64,000 nt of DNA, taken from Lingula anatina (Eukaryota; Animalia; Brachiopoda). Position 1 is the stretch's first letter, and each line of letters begins with the position of its first letter. Shown piece after piece: positions 24,366 to 54,017 of the stretch. Under the pieces are notes generated by a model. It had not been told where the DNA came from. It saw nothing but the letters and a program-made list of their open reading frames with translations, and did no database searches. The DNA is taken from positions 45,300,788 through 45,364,787 of the forward strand of contig CM120640.1 of the NCBI GenBank assembly GCA_051362555.1. The letters run 5' to 3'. The translations under genes were made by a program, and so were the position numbers.

Positions 24366-24817
24366 ACATATTATTGTAGCAATGAGGATGTTATGTGCAA
24401 GAATCTCAACCAACCATTCACACAACACTCATTCTAGGGAGATGCAAGTACAGGAAGTAACCTCTCAGATCAAAACTGCAGTAAGACCATGCAATAAAAC
24501 TTTCTCAAATCTTTTCTCAAATCATTCAACTCAGTACTTATCTTCATTATTTGAAGCAATGTATCTCTGCTCATGTAGTTTCTAAGAGCTAAAAAAATAT
24601 TTTCATGTTAAAATGCCAAGCAAAGTACAATTAAAAACTAATTTGTCTACTTATAGAAGAATCATTTTCTTAAGGTAACCACTTTTACTTCAAGTTTACA
24701 TTGGAAACCTCTGGTCCACTTTACTTTATAAATCATTACATGATCAAAGTCTCTATAAATGTTATACAACAGTCAAAGCACAACACAGATTATGCTGTGA
24801 AAATTATACTGCATAAC

Positions 24818-26780
24818 TCAGTATGGGGAAGCTCTTCTCATTGGTGAATAGCTTGGTGACCCTCTACTGCGCCTCTGGGGTGAAAAACTTCGGCTTCTTG
24901 AACGATCTCTACCACCACCTCGTCCCATACTGTCTCCCATGGAGCCACCACTACCCCGCCCACTGTAGTCTTCTTTCACTCTGATGTAGCCAGTTTCCCC
25001 CTGGAAATATCACAATTTGATCAATTTAATGAAAGGCACATTATACAAGTTTTTCATTGTATTTCAAATTACATATTTTGTAATACTGATATAATTGACC
25101 TCCCCTACAAATGAATTTTCCAAGTAAAAATGCTAAAAATGAATGTGGTCATTTTCTCTGCTTTGTCAAATGTTGAAGATGTGTGCCCTTCTTGGTAGTT
25201 ATTAACATTTACAACACACCTCATGAGATCTGAACTTGGAATCATCCAATTTCCTCACAGCATATTTCATGTCTTCATATCTAAGAAACTCCACCACCCC
25301 TGTCCCATCTTTGAATACATCTGCATAGCAAACATCTCCAGCCTCACGCATGTGGTCCTTCAGATCCTGCCAGCTTCCAGTTGGGGGCAATCCTTGTGAA
25401 GAAACAGAGATCAATATATACTGAACATATTCTTCATAAAAGAACTGTGAATAAAAAAAAATGGTCCTCACTTTAATTTTCAAATTACACCTGTTGACAG
25501 TGTCATTTCACAAACAAAAAAACAACTGACAATCCAGATGTTGTCCTCCTCTACTGCTGGTTCTGCAAAATCCAAAAAAAATTTTAACACAGTATCCTGT
25601 GTTATGTAAAAGAGATCCTTGTCCTGAGAACTTTCACTCTTATCCTGAGGAGCCTCCTCCCAGGTTAATGTGATAATGTCATAATTGTATACCTGACACC
25701 AAAACTCTGTAATCTGATCTCCTTGAGGGGGGTCCTCCCCGCCTTGCACCACGTCCACCGCCTCCACCTCCACGAGGGCCACCAGGTCCAGATCCCCTTG
25801 GAAATTCTACTCTCAGTCTATAGCCATCATAGTCGTAGCCATCACGTGCATGCACTGCATCCCCAGCATCCCTGGAATATTAGAAAATTGACTTCTATGA
25901 GGCAAAAACCTTTGTAAATGCATAGAAGTTGGGTTTGGTTGCGGTGGTAGGGTTACTTACTCGCTACAATTTGTTTATTTCAGACTTTTGAAAGAATTAA
26001 TGTCATTAAGCTATAATAACAATGTATTATCAATAGGAATCATCAAAGATAGTCCAAAAACTTACAACTTAGCAAAATATAAAGGGAGATTTCATGGGAT
26101 TGAACCCTCATCACTAAAAAACCTCACCTTGCCCAATATCTTGCATTTTCCAATCAGTAATGACAACACACAGTGACTTCCTTATGTATGAAATAACGTT
26201 TTCCTTGAATAAAAGGTAATATGATACAGGGAACTGCATCTGATAAGATTTTTTAACACAAATTTTATAATACTTTATAAGGTAACACATTTAATTTTGT
26301 TAAAAACATAAGCTACCTTGGATCATCAAATTGTACAAATGCGAAAGGTGGACCTCGCCTGTTTTTCAGATCGATGAAGGTTATGCGACCAAACTTATAA
26401 AATAAATCTTCAATGTCCTTTGTTCTGATGTCTGGGGGAAGGTTTCCAACGTAAATTCTGCATTCATTGTCCCTGAAACCAAGCAGATCGTTACATTAAG
26501 TCGACATATATATAACCACCCAAACAATTGTTCTGTTATTTGATTATTGTTTAAGAAATAAACATAAATTTTATTGGTGGAAATACTTCGCACACCGAAA
26601 AGGATTCCAAAAAATGGCGACCATGACAAAGCCAACACCGGTCAAGACTGCTAAATGCAACAATGTAATACCCCAAAAGATCAAACAACTGGACAAAACA
26701 AAACTTGATTTCTAGAATAAATGCAAGGTTAACATATTCGATAAATATATCAATGAAAATAGTATGCAAACATACCCCAT
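24818..26780 (-). CDS. SRSF1: SR splicing factor SRSF1/SRSF9-like, copy B (inverted paralog), 231 aa
   Basis: Exons 26780-26776, 26472-26317, 25871-25693, 25392-25220 and 25000-24818. Exon sizes match copy A (5/156/179/173; last exon 183 vs 186) and the frame is intact. It starts MGDNECRIY and RNP1 reads PPFAFVQF. Confidence 0.95.
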
Positions 26781-28135
26781 TTCTGATACGTTTGAAACGA
26801 CCTGCGTCTTTCGTTCCTATGCTGTGAATAAAATATAGTTCCTCTTTATCCTTGCGCGTAGTTTCGTCGGGTGTGATTAGAAATGTGCCGTCTCTGCACA
26901 CCAAACGCAATTTCAGAAAAATTTTGTCATTTCAATTCCATATTTGAAGGTAAAGGAAATTAATCTATTTTTATCTACATTTTTACGACGAATAAGTTTA
27001 CTTTTAATTTTGGTAGTAAAGGATATGTATGCATGACCCACTTGTTCAGATGCAAAAGAGAATATTGAACTTAACTTCGAACAGGAAAACTCATGTTTTA
27101 GTCTATTGTAGACTATTTTTTTAAACCAAATTATTCATTTGCTTCTCTTCAGTTCCCTAGAGAAAGCTTTTGGACAACGGCACTGTATATAACCTGCACA
27201 TAAAGACTAAACACACCTAGAAAAACCGATGAAGCAGTCTTTAAGTCAAACTTCACTAATGATAAAAGGGGTTAAAATGAGATTACATTCAAAATGATGG
27301 CCATTGATGGTAGACTGAATTATTTCAATTTTAAAATTTAACAGAAAAATTAATCTGCAAAATGCATTTCAGCAATAATTTGAATAAATAAGTAAATTCT
27401 ACATTGGGCACCAAAGAAAAAGTAATAATAAACTAAAGTTTCACTAAGTGCATTTAATTACCTCTGCTAATTTAAATTACCTTCCCTCAGTCCTACACTG
27501 TATAATATTATTTACAAAATAAATATATCATAAATCAGCTAACAAGCATACATTTGGTCTTTCCTTTGTTTCTGCTTGTATGTTTCTGTACATATAAATT
27601 GACCCAGGATACCTAGGCTCTCATTGTTTTTTTCATTTGAATATAAGAAGTAAAATGTACCGTCAAGAGAATCACAGCAATATTCAAGTTAAAAATACAA
27701 ATTATCAGCTGCTAGATGAAAGATATCACTCCTGGCTTATTTAAAAAGGTTGCATTTATAAATGTTACAGCTAAACCTTGCATTTTATGTAAATATGCCT
27801 AAAATTATTTCTACCCATATTATAACTTAACCTTTATATGTCAGTGCATATGAACAATATTGGTCACACTTTCAGTTTCAAAACAATTTTGTACAAAACC
27901 ATTTATTCATACATTAACAAATAGCATAGAAGCCATGTCATTTAGTACATTACATAATGCACTGGGTGATTATTGTCAAAAAATTATATAAAACTACTTG
28001 CTACATATATAAATTAAAAAGAAGAACTCTCGTGTCTGAAGTCTTGATCATGTAAACAATTGTTATGTCTTCATTGCTGGTTGCATGTAGATTTAAAGCC
28101 TTTGTTTTATGGGCATATGTATTTCTTAAGCTAAA

Positions 28136-34464
<6,329 letters not shown>

Positions 34465-34496
34465 GCTTCTTCTCGCGTACTAATGCGAGATCTAAC
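34465..34496. promoter_or_regulatory. Ultra-compact bidirectional COQ5/HEATR6 intergenic segment
   Basis: 32 bp between divergent ATGs, containing the inverted repeat TCTCGC-n8-GCGAGA and a YY1-like AACATGGC over the HEATR6 ATG. Confidence 0.6.
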
Positions 34497-45415
<10,919 letters not shown>

Positions 45416-46191
45416 AGTGGAATGGTGTTATATGCAGATTCTGGGCAGTCATTTGAATCTACAAGATATCTTGCAGTGACTTCAGTATTTAAATGCTTTG
45501 TCCAGCTAAGAGAAAAGTTGCAGAAGCAGCAAATAATTTTAGTGTTCAGTTTGCCTGAAAACAATAACTTCCAATAACTGCTTAAAACATTGAACTCCAT
45601 TCATATGAATCTTGTTGTCTTTCTCATATCATTGTCCATTTTTTTTAAATTGTAACTGTGATAGCATTAACTTAAACTTAAAAAATGAATAACTGCTGTT
45701 TTTGTCAATTTATTTATTTCATGTAAAGTATCATATATGTATACTATGTACAATGTGAAAAAAAATTATAAACCCGTTTCTCTGCAATATTTAAGACAAC
45801 ATGATAACTTCATACTAACACAACAAAAAAGTTTTCAGTTTTCAAACATAATGTACTCAAAAATCTTATAAAACTGGAAATGGACCAGTGATCAGAAGGA
45901 TGAATGTAACATGATGCCATATTAGTGAATAAAATTCCTTTTCAATATTTTGATAAAATTCACTGATAAAATATATGTCATCCTTTACATAGAAATAGAA
46001 GATTGCAACTCTATCTGAAATGCATCTTCAATCCAGTTTACCTCCTAAAAAATAAATGTCCTACTTAGTTGACATATTGTTAGACTAAGTCAACATGGAG
46101 GACAATATTCTCCAGGGTTAACACTATCAATTAAAACATAATTAGAAGTTTTCCTCTAAAGACTGCTTAAACTTGCAGTACGTCAGCATTG

Positions 46192-48289
46192 CTACCTTCC
46201 CTCATTATCAGGGCTTTTGTTATGATCAGAGTTTATGACTTTCTCTTGTTGGTTATCTTCATTTTGAGATTGCTCTCCTGCATTGAGGCCTTCTTGCCCT
46301 TCATCGTCATTTTCACTGTCACTTTCTTCTGAAAATATGCCAAATTCCCTTAAAATGTAATGACAACTGCAATGTTTGAAGCCATTTTATCATTAATCCC
46401 TAGGCCAAATAAAAAATGCAAAGTTTTCCTACGACTCAAAGAATTTCTCAAAACCAGCTTGTTACCAGTAAAAAGGCTTTGATGTGTTTTCTGTCATGTG
46501 ACTGAATATTTCAATTATTTAATATTCAATTATTTGCATACGATATTAAGTGGACTCTGGATTAATGCAACTGAAATAATGTGATGTTACTAACATCCAC
46601 AACACTCTTTCTCTCAGACAAGCCTAGCCCAAATTGATTCAGTCTTATATAGAGTCCATAAAAATAAATGGGATGTCCTAATGATGAATTTATGAATACA
46701 TACCACTGTCTTTGTTTTCATCGTTCTGTTTAGGTTTCTTGGCTTTTTGCTTCTGCTTTTTCTTTAGCCTACAGAACATAAGTGTAAGATACTAAGACTC
46801 CCAACTATATCACATTCTTACAAAATGAAGTTAAAAGTGATGTCTTCAAAAAGAATTTGTCCTCAACTTTAACCTCAAGTTGCGACATCCTCCTTTCACA
46901 AAAGTGAGGTACCATGCATATTAGTCTCACTCACTCACTGAGACATAAAATGATCCACATGTTTCATGCTTCTCAAAACCTGACATCATATTGTCAAATA
47001 CAAACATGAAGGACTGAATTTATTTTAGTTCCAGAAAAATGCATAAAAAAAAATAATTTAATTAATTAATAATAATAACATTCTGTAATGCATGCTTAAA
47101 AGTTAACATTATGCAAGAGGGATATATTGAAATTATATTTGCCTTAAAAGGCTCTTTATTCGTACTTTTGATAAAGCATCTCCAAAATAAATTGTCAATT
47201 TCAATTTTCAAAGGGCATTCTTATGGAAAACACATTATTACCTACCTTTTTGCTCTTTTCTTAGCAGTTTTGCTTTCTGCTGCCTGCTTGTTAGCTTCCA
47301 ACTTACGATGATATTCAGCATCTTCTTTTTCCTGTAATCCATTCATATAGAAATATTAAAACATAAGCAACTGAATGCTATTTTGATAACAAAAATGAAA
47401 ACTTTTTTCTCACACCCACCATATGGGCTATCATTGGATAATTATTCACTGATTAATTACAGCAAGGTCTAATAACTGACATGTTTTTGTCAAACATAAA
47501 TGTTTCATATTATAAGCACTAGTATACCAGTCAAAACAACAATAAAGAATGCTCATCTTGACAACCTTTTCTGTCTTCTCTGTCATAAACTTTTGCCTGG
47601 CATATTCTCTCCGCCGTGTACCTCTGTACACATGAAATTCTCCACTTCCAGCACCAGCACTGGAACCTATATATATATATATATATATATGGAAGGATAC
47701 ATGTTAGGAAAATATTCAAGTACTAATGAACATTTAATTATCTAATGTTAAGGAACATAAAAGTGAATAAACATTAACAGAGTTATATATTATAACATTT
47801 TACGTATAGAAAAATGTTGACTTCTGGCAAACTTTCAACATAGACTAATATATTTGTTTTCACATTCTTATATTAATTAATTTATAACAATTTGAAACTG
47901 TATAAAAACCCACCCCAGACATTCCTGACAAATTCTACAGGGGCCTTTGGAGTATATTCTTTGGGTCTGCTTGGTATGAATGCTTCTTTCTCCTACGTAT
48001 GAAAAACAGAACACGCAATCACTTATAATGGATTAATGTCAATGATGATAACATCGTTATTAAAACAAATCCAGTATAACTTACCAGTAAATGTACAAGT
48101 AGCTTTGGCTAATCAACTTTAACTACGAAAATTATTATTCCTATATTGTGAAAATATATATCAAGTTAAAGTTCTTCAACTCACTGGGTTACTCATTAAC
48201 TTTTCAAGTTTCATTCGCTGTAAATCTGCTGCAGTTTTGGGAACAACAACAGTTTTCCCAGGCACATTGGTCTTCTCCTCCGTCGCCAT
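46192..48289 (-). CDS. PRKRIP1: PRKR-interacting protein 1 (spliceosome C* factor), 6 exons
   Basis: Spliced protein [19 protein letters not shown]|[16 protein letters not shown]|[25 protein letters not shown]..|..KTAKKRAKR|LKRKQKQK..|acidic tail, with TAG at 46192-46194. Confidence 0.93.
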
Positions 48290-50099
48290 TTTTTCGTCGT
48301 CTGCAGGTGCTTGAATATTCGAGATATTTTTTATGATATCGTTTTTATTGGTGAAGGGCTATTAAAGAAAATAGCGTAAGTTGCGTGCATATTGTGTTTA
48401 TTAAATTTTTCACACAGTTCTGTAGAAAATAAAGCAAGATATAGGGTATTCTCGTAAAATCTCGATAGCTCGCCAATGACCTAAGATAAGGGTCAGTAAC
48501 ATAAACAAAGCTGCTCGCTGTTTGACAAAGGATTTGCAGATCCCTTACAATCAGCTGCTGTTACGGTTCATTCAAGTTGTCATGCAGTCTGTCGATATAA
48601 TGAGAATCTGCTGAACTAGTAAAGGTGAGAGTTGCATGCAATATGCGTCTGGTATAACTAGGTCACTGGCATGTCACTGTCAGATTTACAAGTGTCAATC
48701 TCTTTATCTACAGGGTACATGTTTGTCAACAGAAACATGAAACTGTTAAAAATTACATAGATGTATTATTGTCATATTCTTTTGACACACAGCAACGTTT
48801 TGTGATTTAGCTTTTGAGCGTTTAAAACATAATGCTTTTTGAAAAACCTGTACGTGCAAGGCTCGTGTTCATTTTGGTTAAACACGTGAAATGGCCAATC
48901 GATTCCTGAGGTGTAAAAGGGGGTGTGTGCAAATGGGCTTGAAATAGCAGTGGTGGTATTCCTATTATCAGCAAGACTTGCAGACCTGTTATCTCTCTGG
49001 ATTTCATTAGTAGTCTCCCGATTTGGGGACATATCTCCTGAACTCTAGATTTAGGCTAAAAATCTCCTGATCTTTCAGACTTATCTCTCTTTCCTTTCGA
49101 TATAATGCACATGACCTAGCTCATTCACAAAAGTTCGCTGTCACTTTTGCTTTCTTTGTTTCATTGATGGAGGTAGTGCAGTAAACAATAAGGAGGAAAT
49201 GTCAAAGACAAAACCACGTCAGGTCTTTGTAGGAGTACCATCCCGAACACTATGTATGTTAATATTGTCATGGGAAGAAGCTTGTTCTGAAAGGAACCAA
49301 GACACCAATCATTTAAACCACTGGCATTGTTTGTATTAATTGCTGTCACAACTAGACTTCCTCAGTTAACTTTTATATGAAAACCACCTGACCTAGCTGA
49401 GAAAGCGAAACTTCTCCCAAACTTCCTGACTACATGTAAGTGCCTGCTTATACATAATAGGTTCAGTATTTTTTCGTCTTTTGCCAAGTTTTGGTAGCTG
49501 CATGAACATCAAAACAATAGCTTAAAGAAAAATTGAATCTGATACAGGATCTTACTTGAAATGAGTAACTCACTATGTCTTCCTCGGGTGAACCAGTATC
49601 AAATTCATTTGTTTGTGTGTGTGTGTGTGTTGGGGTGGAGGATGTGGGGCATGTGAGGGAATCTCCCTCTCCAGCAATTGTCAATGTCAACAAGTATGGA
49701 TTTGATGTACAGAACATGACTGATTTCCCAGTTGATATTTTAACTTATAAATTCACAGTATCTGTGTCAAATTATCTGTCTTACATGTATATCTAGCAGT
49801 TTATAATCCAGAGTTGAAAGGTAAAAAAAAAGATTTGAGAACCTTTGCAATGGGGTTGAAGCACTGGTTGAACATTATTTAAGTTATCTATATAGTACTG
49901 GGGTACCTAATTAAACTTAAGTATATTAGAAATCATGAAACAGAAAGTGCTTACTGTATACACAATTTTTGTACTTATCACTGTTTTGTAATGTTTGCAG
50001 CACATGTTATGATGCACCATAAAAAATTGAATTTTTGTACGGTTCGTTGTACATTTTACAATAATGCAATGAAAAACCTATTTCTAGGTATATTCAAAA

Positions 50100-51112
50100 A
50101 TGGATGGATTCAAAAAACTTCATGAAGACCTTGAGAAGGTGATTGAGAAGGATGACAGCAACAGTTCAACTACCACCTCAGAGATGGAAGACCCTAAACA
50201 TAGCAAACAGACCTTCCGTCAAAAACTGCGTCACATTTTACACACAAACAAGTTTCAGATTGGTGTCATATGCCTTGTTATTCTGGACTGTCTTTTGGTC
50301 ATAGCAGAATTATTAATTGACTTAGAGGTATTTGAAATTGGTGAAGCAAAAGACGAGCTTGGTCCTGCCAAAGTGCTTCATTACATGAGCATCACAATCC
50401 TGAGCATCTTCCTGATTGAGATTTTTACCAAAATATTTGCCATGGGCCTGGACTATTTTAAGAACAAGCTGGAAGTGTTTGATGGCATAGTGGTGGTTGT
50501 ATCTTTTGTGCTGGATGTTGTGTTTGCCAACCAGGAAGGTGCCTATGGTGGTATTGGGTTGCTGATTGTGCTGAGGCTGTGGAGAGTTACGAGGATACTC
50601 AATGGTGTGTTCTGCATAAAAATTGTCTATGACAAATGAAATCTTTACCAACAGATATTGTATTTTTCAAAACATATTTTTATTATTTTTCCATTCGCAA
50701 TGTTGTTAACACAAAACTTAATTATTTCCATCTGAAATGAATTACAAACATCATGGGATGCTGCTTGTTAACTGGGCCATACATTTTGGAAGATATAATA
50801 TTATTTGTTCTGCAGTACATATAATCTTTATTTTTATTGACAGGTATAATAATGTCAGTGAAAAAGCAGTCTGAAAAAAGATGCCTTCGTGAAAGGATGT
50901 TAAAGGAAGCAGCAGAACAAGAACTGGCCAAATTCAGGGAGTATTGTGCAGCCCAGGAAAAAGAAATTGAGGAACTCCAAGCATTGCTAAAAAAGCATGG
51001 GATTGATTTTCCAAAGATTGAAAAGCCAGTAGAGGTCAGCACCATCAGTGTTACAGCAGAAGTAAATGAAGTTGATGGCTACACCAAAAGACCCGATGAT
51101 AGCAATGCTTAA
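50100..51112 (+). CDS. HVCN1: Voltage-gated proton channel Hv1, 2 coding exons (50100-50604, 50844-51112)
   Basis: Four TM helices, the S1 selectivity Asp (LVILDCLLV), S4 RLWRVTRILNG and a C-terminal coiled coil, with no pore domain. A probable non-coding first exon at about 48480-48623 (aag|gtgaga) is divergent from PRKRIP1. Confidence 0.95.
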
Positions 51113-54017
51113 GATTTATGTGGAATTCTCTGGTTGGAATGGATTTGAAATGATATCAGGTTATTCTGACAAAGTATGCAATCTGTAGAACTTAGGAATT
51201 TGCCCTTTTCCAGACCTTTGTGCCCATGCTGATCTTAATTTTATAGAATTTTTTCTTTGTTATGCTACTCAGCAATCAAGTTAACTTTTTTAAGCAATTT
51301 GAGCACGAGTGGTTAAAATGGTCATTAAAAGCACATTTTGAAATGGAAAATTCTTTAGTAATTTAATTAAATAGAAAAAATAGATAAATAAGTTGACAAA
51401 AAGAAACAAAAAAAAATAGGCAAAGGAGACATCAGGATTTCTTCACGGTATTTTCTCTTTATCTGTAGAAGAACAAAAAGAAGCACATGATGGAGACTTT
51501 TTATTCCCTATTTATATGGGGTTCTCCTGCCAGTTAAATATAAACAGAGACATACAAACAATTTCTCCATTCTTTATCTTAAAAACATAATGATCTTTAA
51601 TATCACCTGTTGATCTAGTTTTGGTATCACAAGTTAATCTATTTAAACCATTATAAAAACTAATAGTTTTTATGTAAAAAAAAGACTTGGAGTAGACTTC
51701 CTCTATTAGAGAACTTTTCTGTTTGTTAACATGGAATGTTACCAGTCTGAGAGCAAGGACATTTTGAAGGGAGCAGACCTTGTGAATAGGTATTATACAA
51801 GTCTGTAATTTTGATATAACATGTGTAAGACATAGACCCTCAGATGTCATTTCTACATATCAAGTGAATTATTCTGGGTCCACTGTATTAGACTAGTTGT
51901 TAAGTTGCCAATGAAATGAAGTATGATAAATGTTAATGGACTTATCCTTTGAATATTCCCAAAGGCTATTTTGATATTTTGACTATGGCATTTTGCAGTG
52001 GGTGTCTTATTTAATATACAATTGTTCCTTTATTCATATAATGGTAACAAATAATTTGTACATTGTCAAGTTTAATTGCTTTTGTTGAAGAACATTAGAA
52101 TTTGAGCAAGTTTTTTTTTAATTCTGATTGCTTGTAATTGAAGTAAGGTTGTCAATTACCTCCTGTAGAAAATACTCTATAATTGCAGTCTACCATCTCA
52201 TTTAATACTAGTTTGAAAAAACTAATGAGAATGAGATAGTAGCTTGTACAGATTTGATTTTTTTTTCAAATCTCATGTATGTGCAATCTATTCAATGTTT
52301 TCTCCTTTAGAAACATTGCCCAAGATTTTGATCTTGATTTTACGGACCTCAGCAAATAAATCTTAGATTCTCTTCATATTTTGCATTGATTGAAAGTACC
52401 CCGTAGATTACAGTGTACTTTATATGTTTTTGCAAGAATTACTGTAGTCAAAGTTATTAATTTCTTATAATTTCTTCATAATATGTTATGTTCTTCTCCT
52501 TTTTTTGTGCTAATTTTTTTCAATAACATCGCTAAAAAAATTTTTAATTTTTCATGGCAAGATTGTTATCAGTCTTTTAACTGTAAAAATAATTATTTCA
52601 TTTCAACATAGAGGCTGAAAGAATTGTATCCTGTGCAGAATTGTTTATATTGTATGAGACTAAAAAATTCAGAACTTCCATTTACACAAGGATTTACTTG
52701 AGGTGCTTACTTTGTTACTTTTTTAATTTACACTGTCCTGGAAAGGGGCCACATGAGATTTTGGCATTCTTAATAAAATGTTATTAAAGAACATCACTTT
52801 ATCAAGTTCAAAACTGAGAAATATAAGCACACACACATTTAAGACACGGATGTTTTTCTCCACTTGATGTGAATAGATCCATGGATTAACCTTCTTTTCA
52901 CTTTGTGCCAATTTTTTAAACAAGGGTATCAATGTCATTTTTTTAAAGGCTGTAACATGCTATCCACTAAGTAGGTGATGTAAAAAAATCTGCAACATAT
53001 CCCCATCTATACAGACTTATACTTTATTAGAAAGTAACTTACCTTTACAGTAACTTCTTCCACCTGTATCTGTATTATAACTTCTATCTACTGTTTTATC
53101 ATTTAATTTAAATAAAATTAATCATTTTATGTCAGATAGTAAAGAATGAAAGCCAGAGATAAAAATATAATATTTTCATTGTCATACATTGTTGCAGTAT
53201 GTAGCCATTACAGGTCCTGTGCACACTTATTTCATTTGACTAAAAAATGGCAGCTCTCCAAATTCTTTAGTACATAATTATAATTTGCATTCAGGTATTG
53301 CATGAAATCAAACTGAAATATAGCTTCAAGAATTGTGAAGATCAATAATTTACCAAAGTACCAAGTGCATTATAAATAATGTTCTATGTAATATGTTATA
53401 TGTAGTGATTCTACATTTATTTATTTTCTTTTGTCACATGTTTAGTTTCAAATTATTGTACATTGCATGTTAAAAGGACAGACAACCATAGTGTGTTAAA
53501 TGCAAACTTAGTTTAGTTTTTAAAATGCAGAGGAACTAACCATGTTGAAATACTGTGCAATATTAGCTGTAGCTTGACCATAATAAAAATCAATTTTTAT
53601 GAAATGTTCAGGGTGTCTAATTCAATGTACATAGCATATTCAGTCAGCATAAGGATTCATGAAATTGTATAAATAGTTGCTTTGTCAACTTCCAGAATGA
53701 TATTACTCATCTTTTTTGAAGTATGATATTTACTGTAAGCATTAGCCTGCATAGATCTTAGAATTTAGAATGATTTGCCCAAACTGTGTATGAAAATACT
53801 CTCGCATAATAGATATCCAATGTATGAATGTATGACCACTTTTGAAACTAATAATCCTGCATTACATTCATATTTGTGGAGTATTAACACAAAGAGTAGC
53901 ACATTGAGCAATTTTGTTCCACAATAAAAAAATGAAAAATAAAGTACATGCCTACTTTTTCTGACTTTGACTGAATCTGAATGATCTCACTTTGTGTAAT
54001 TTCAATTCAAATGCTGA

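Noticed and set aside
17147-26780. Inverted SRSF duplication as an assembly artefact or haplotig
   Set aside because: Most introns and both promoters are strongly diverged, and the exons differ mainly at silent sites.
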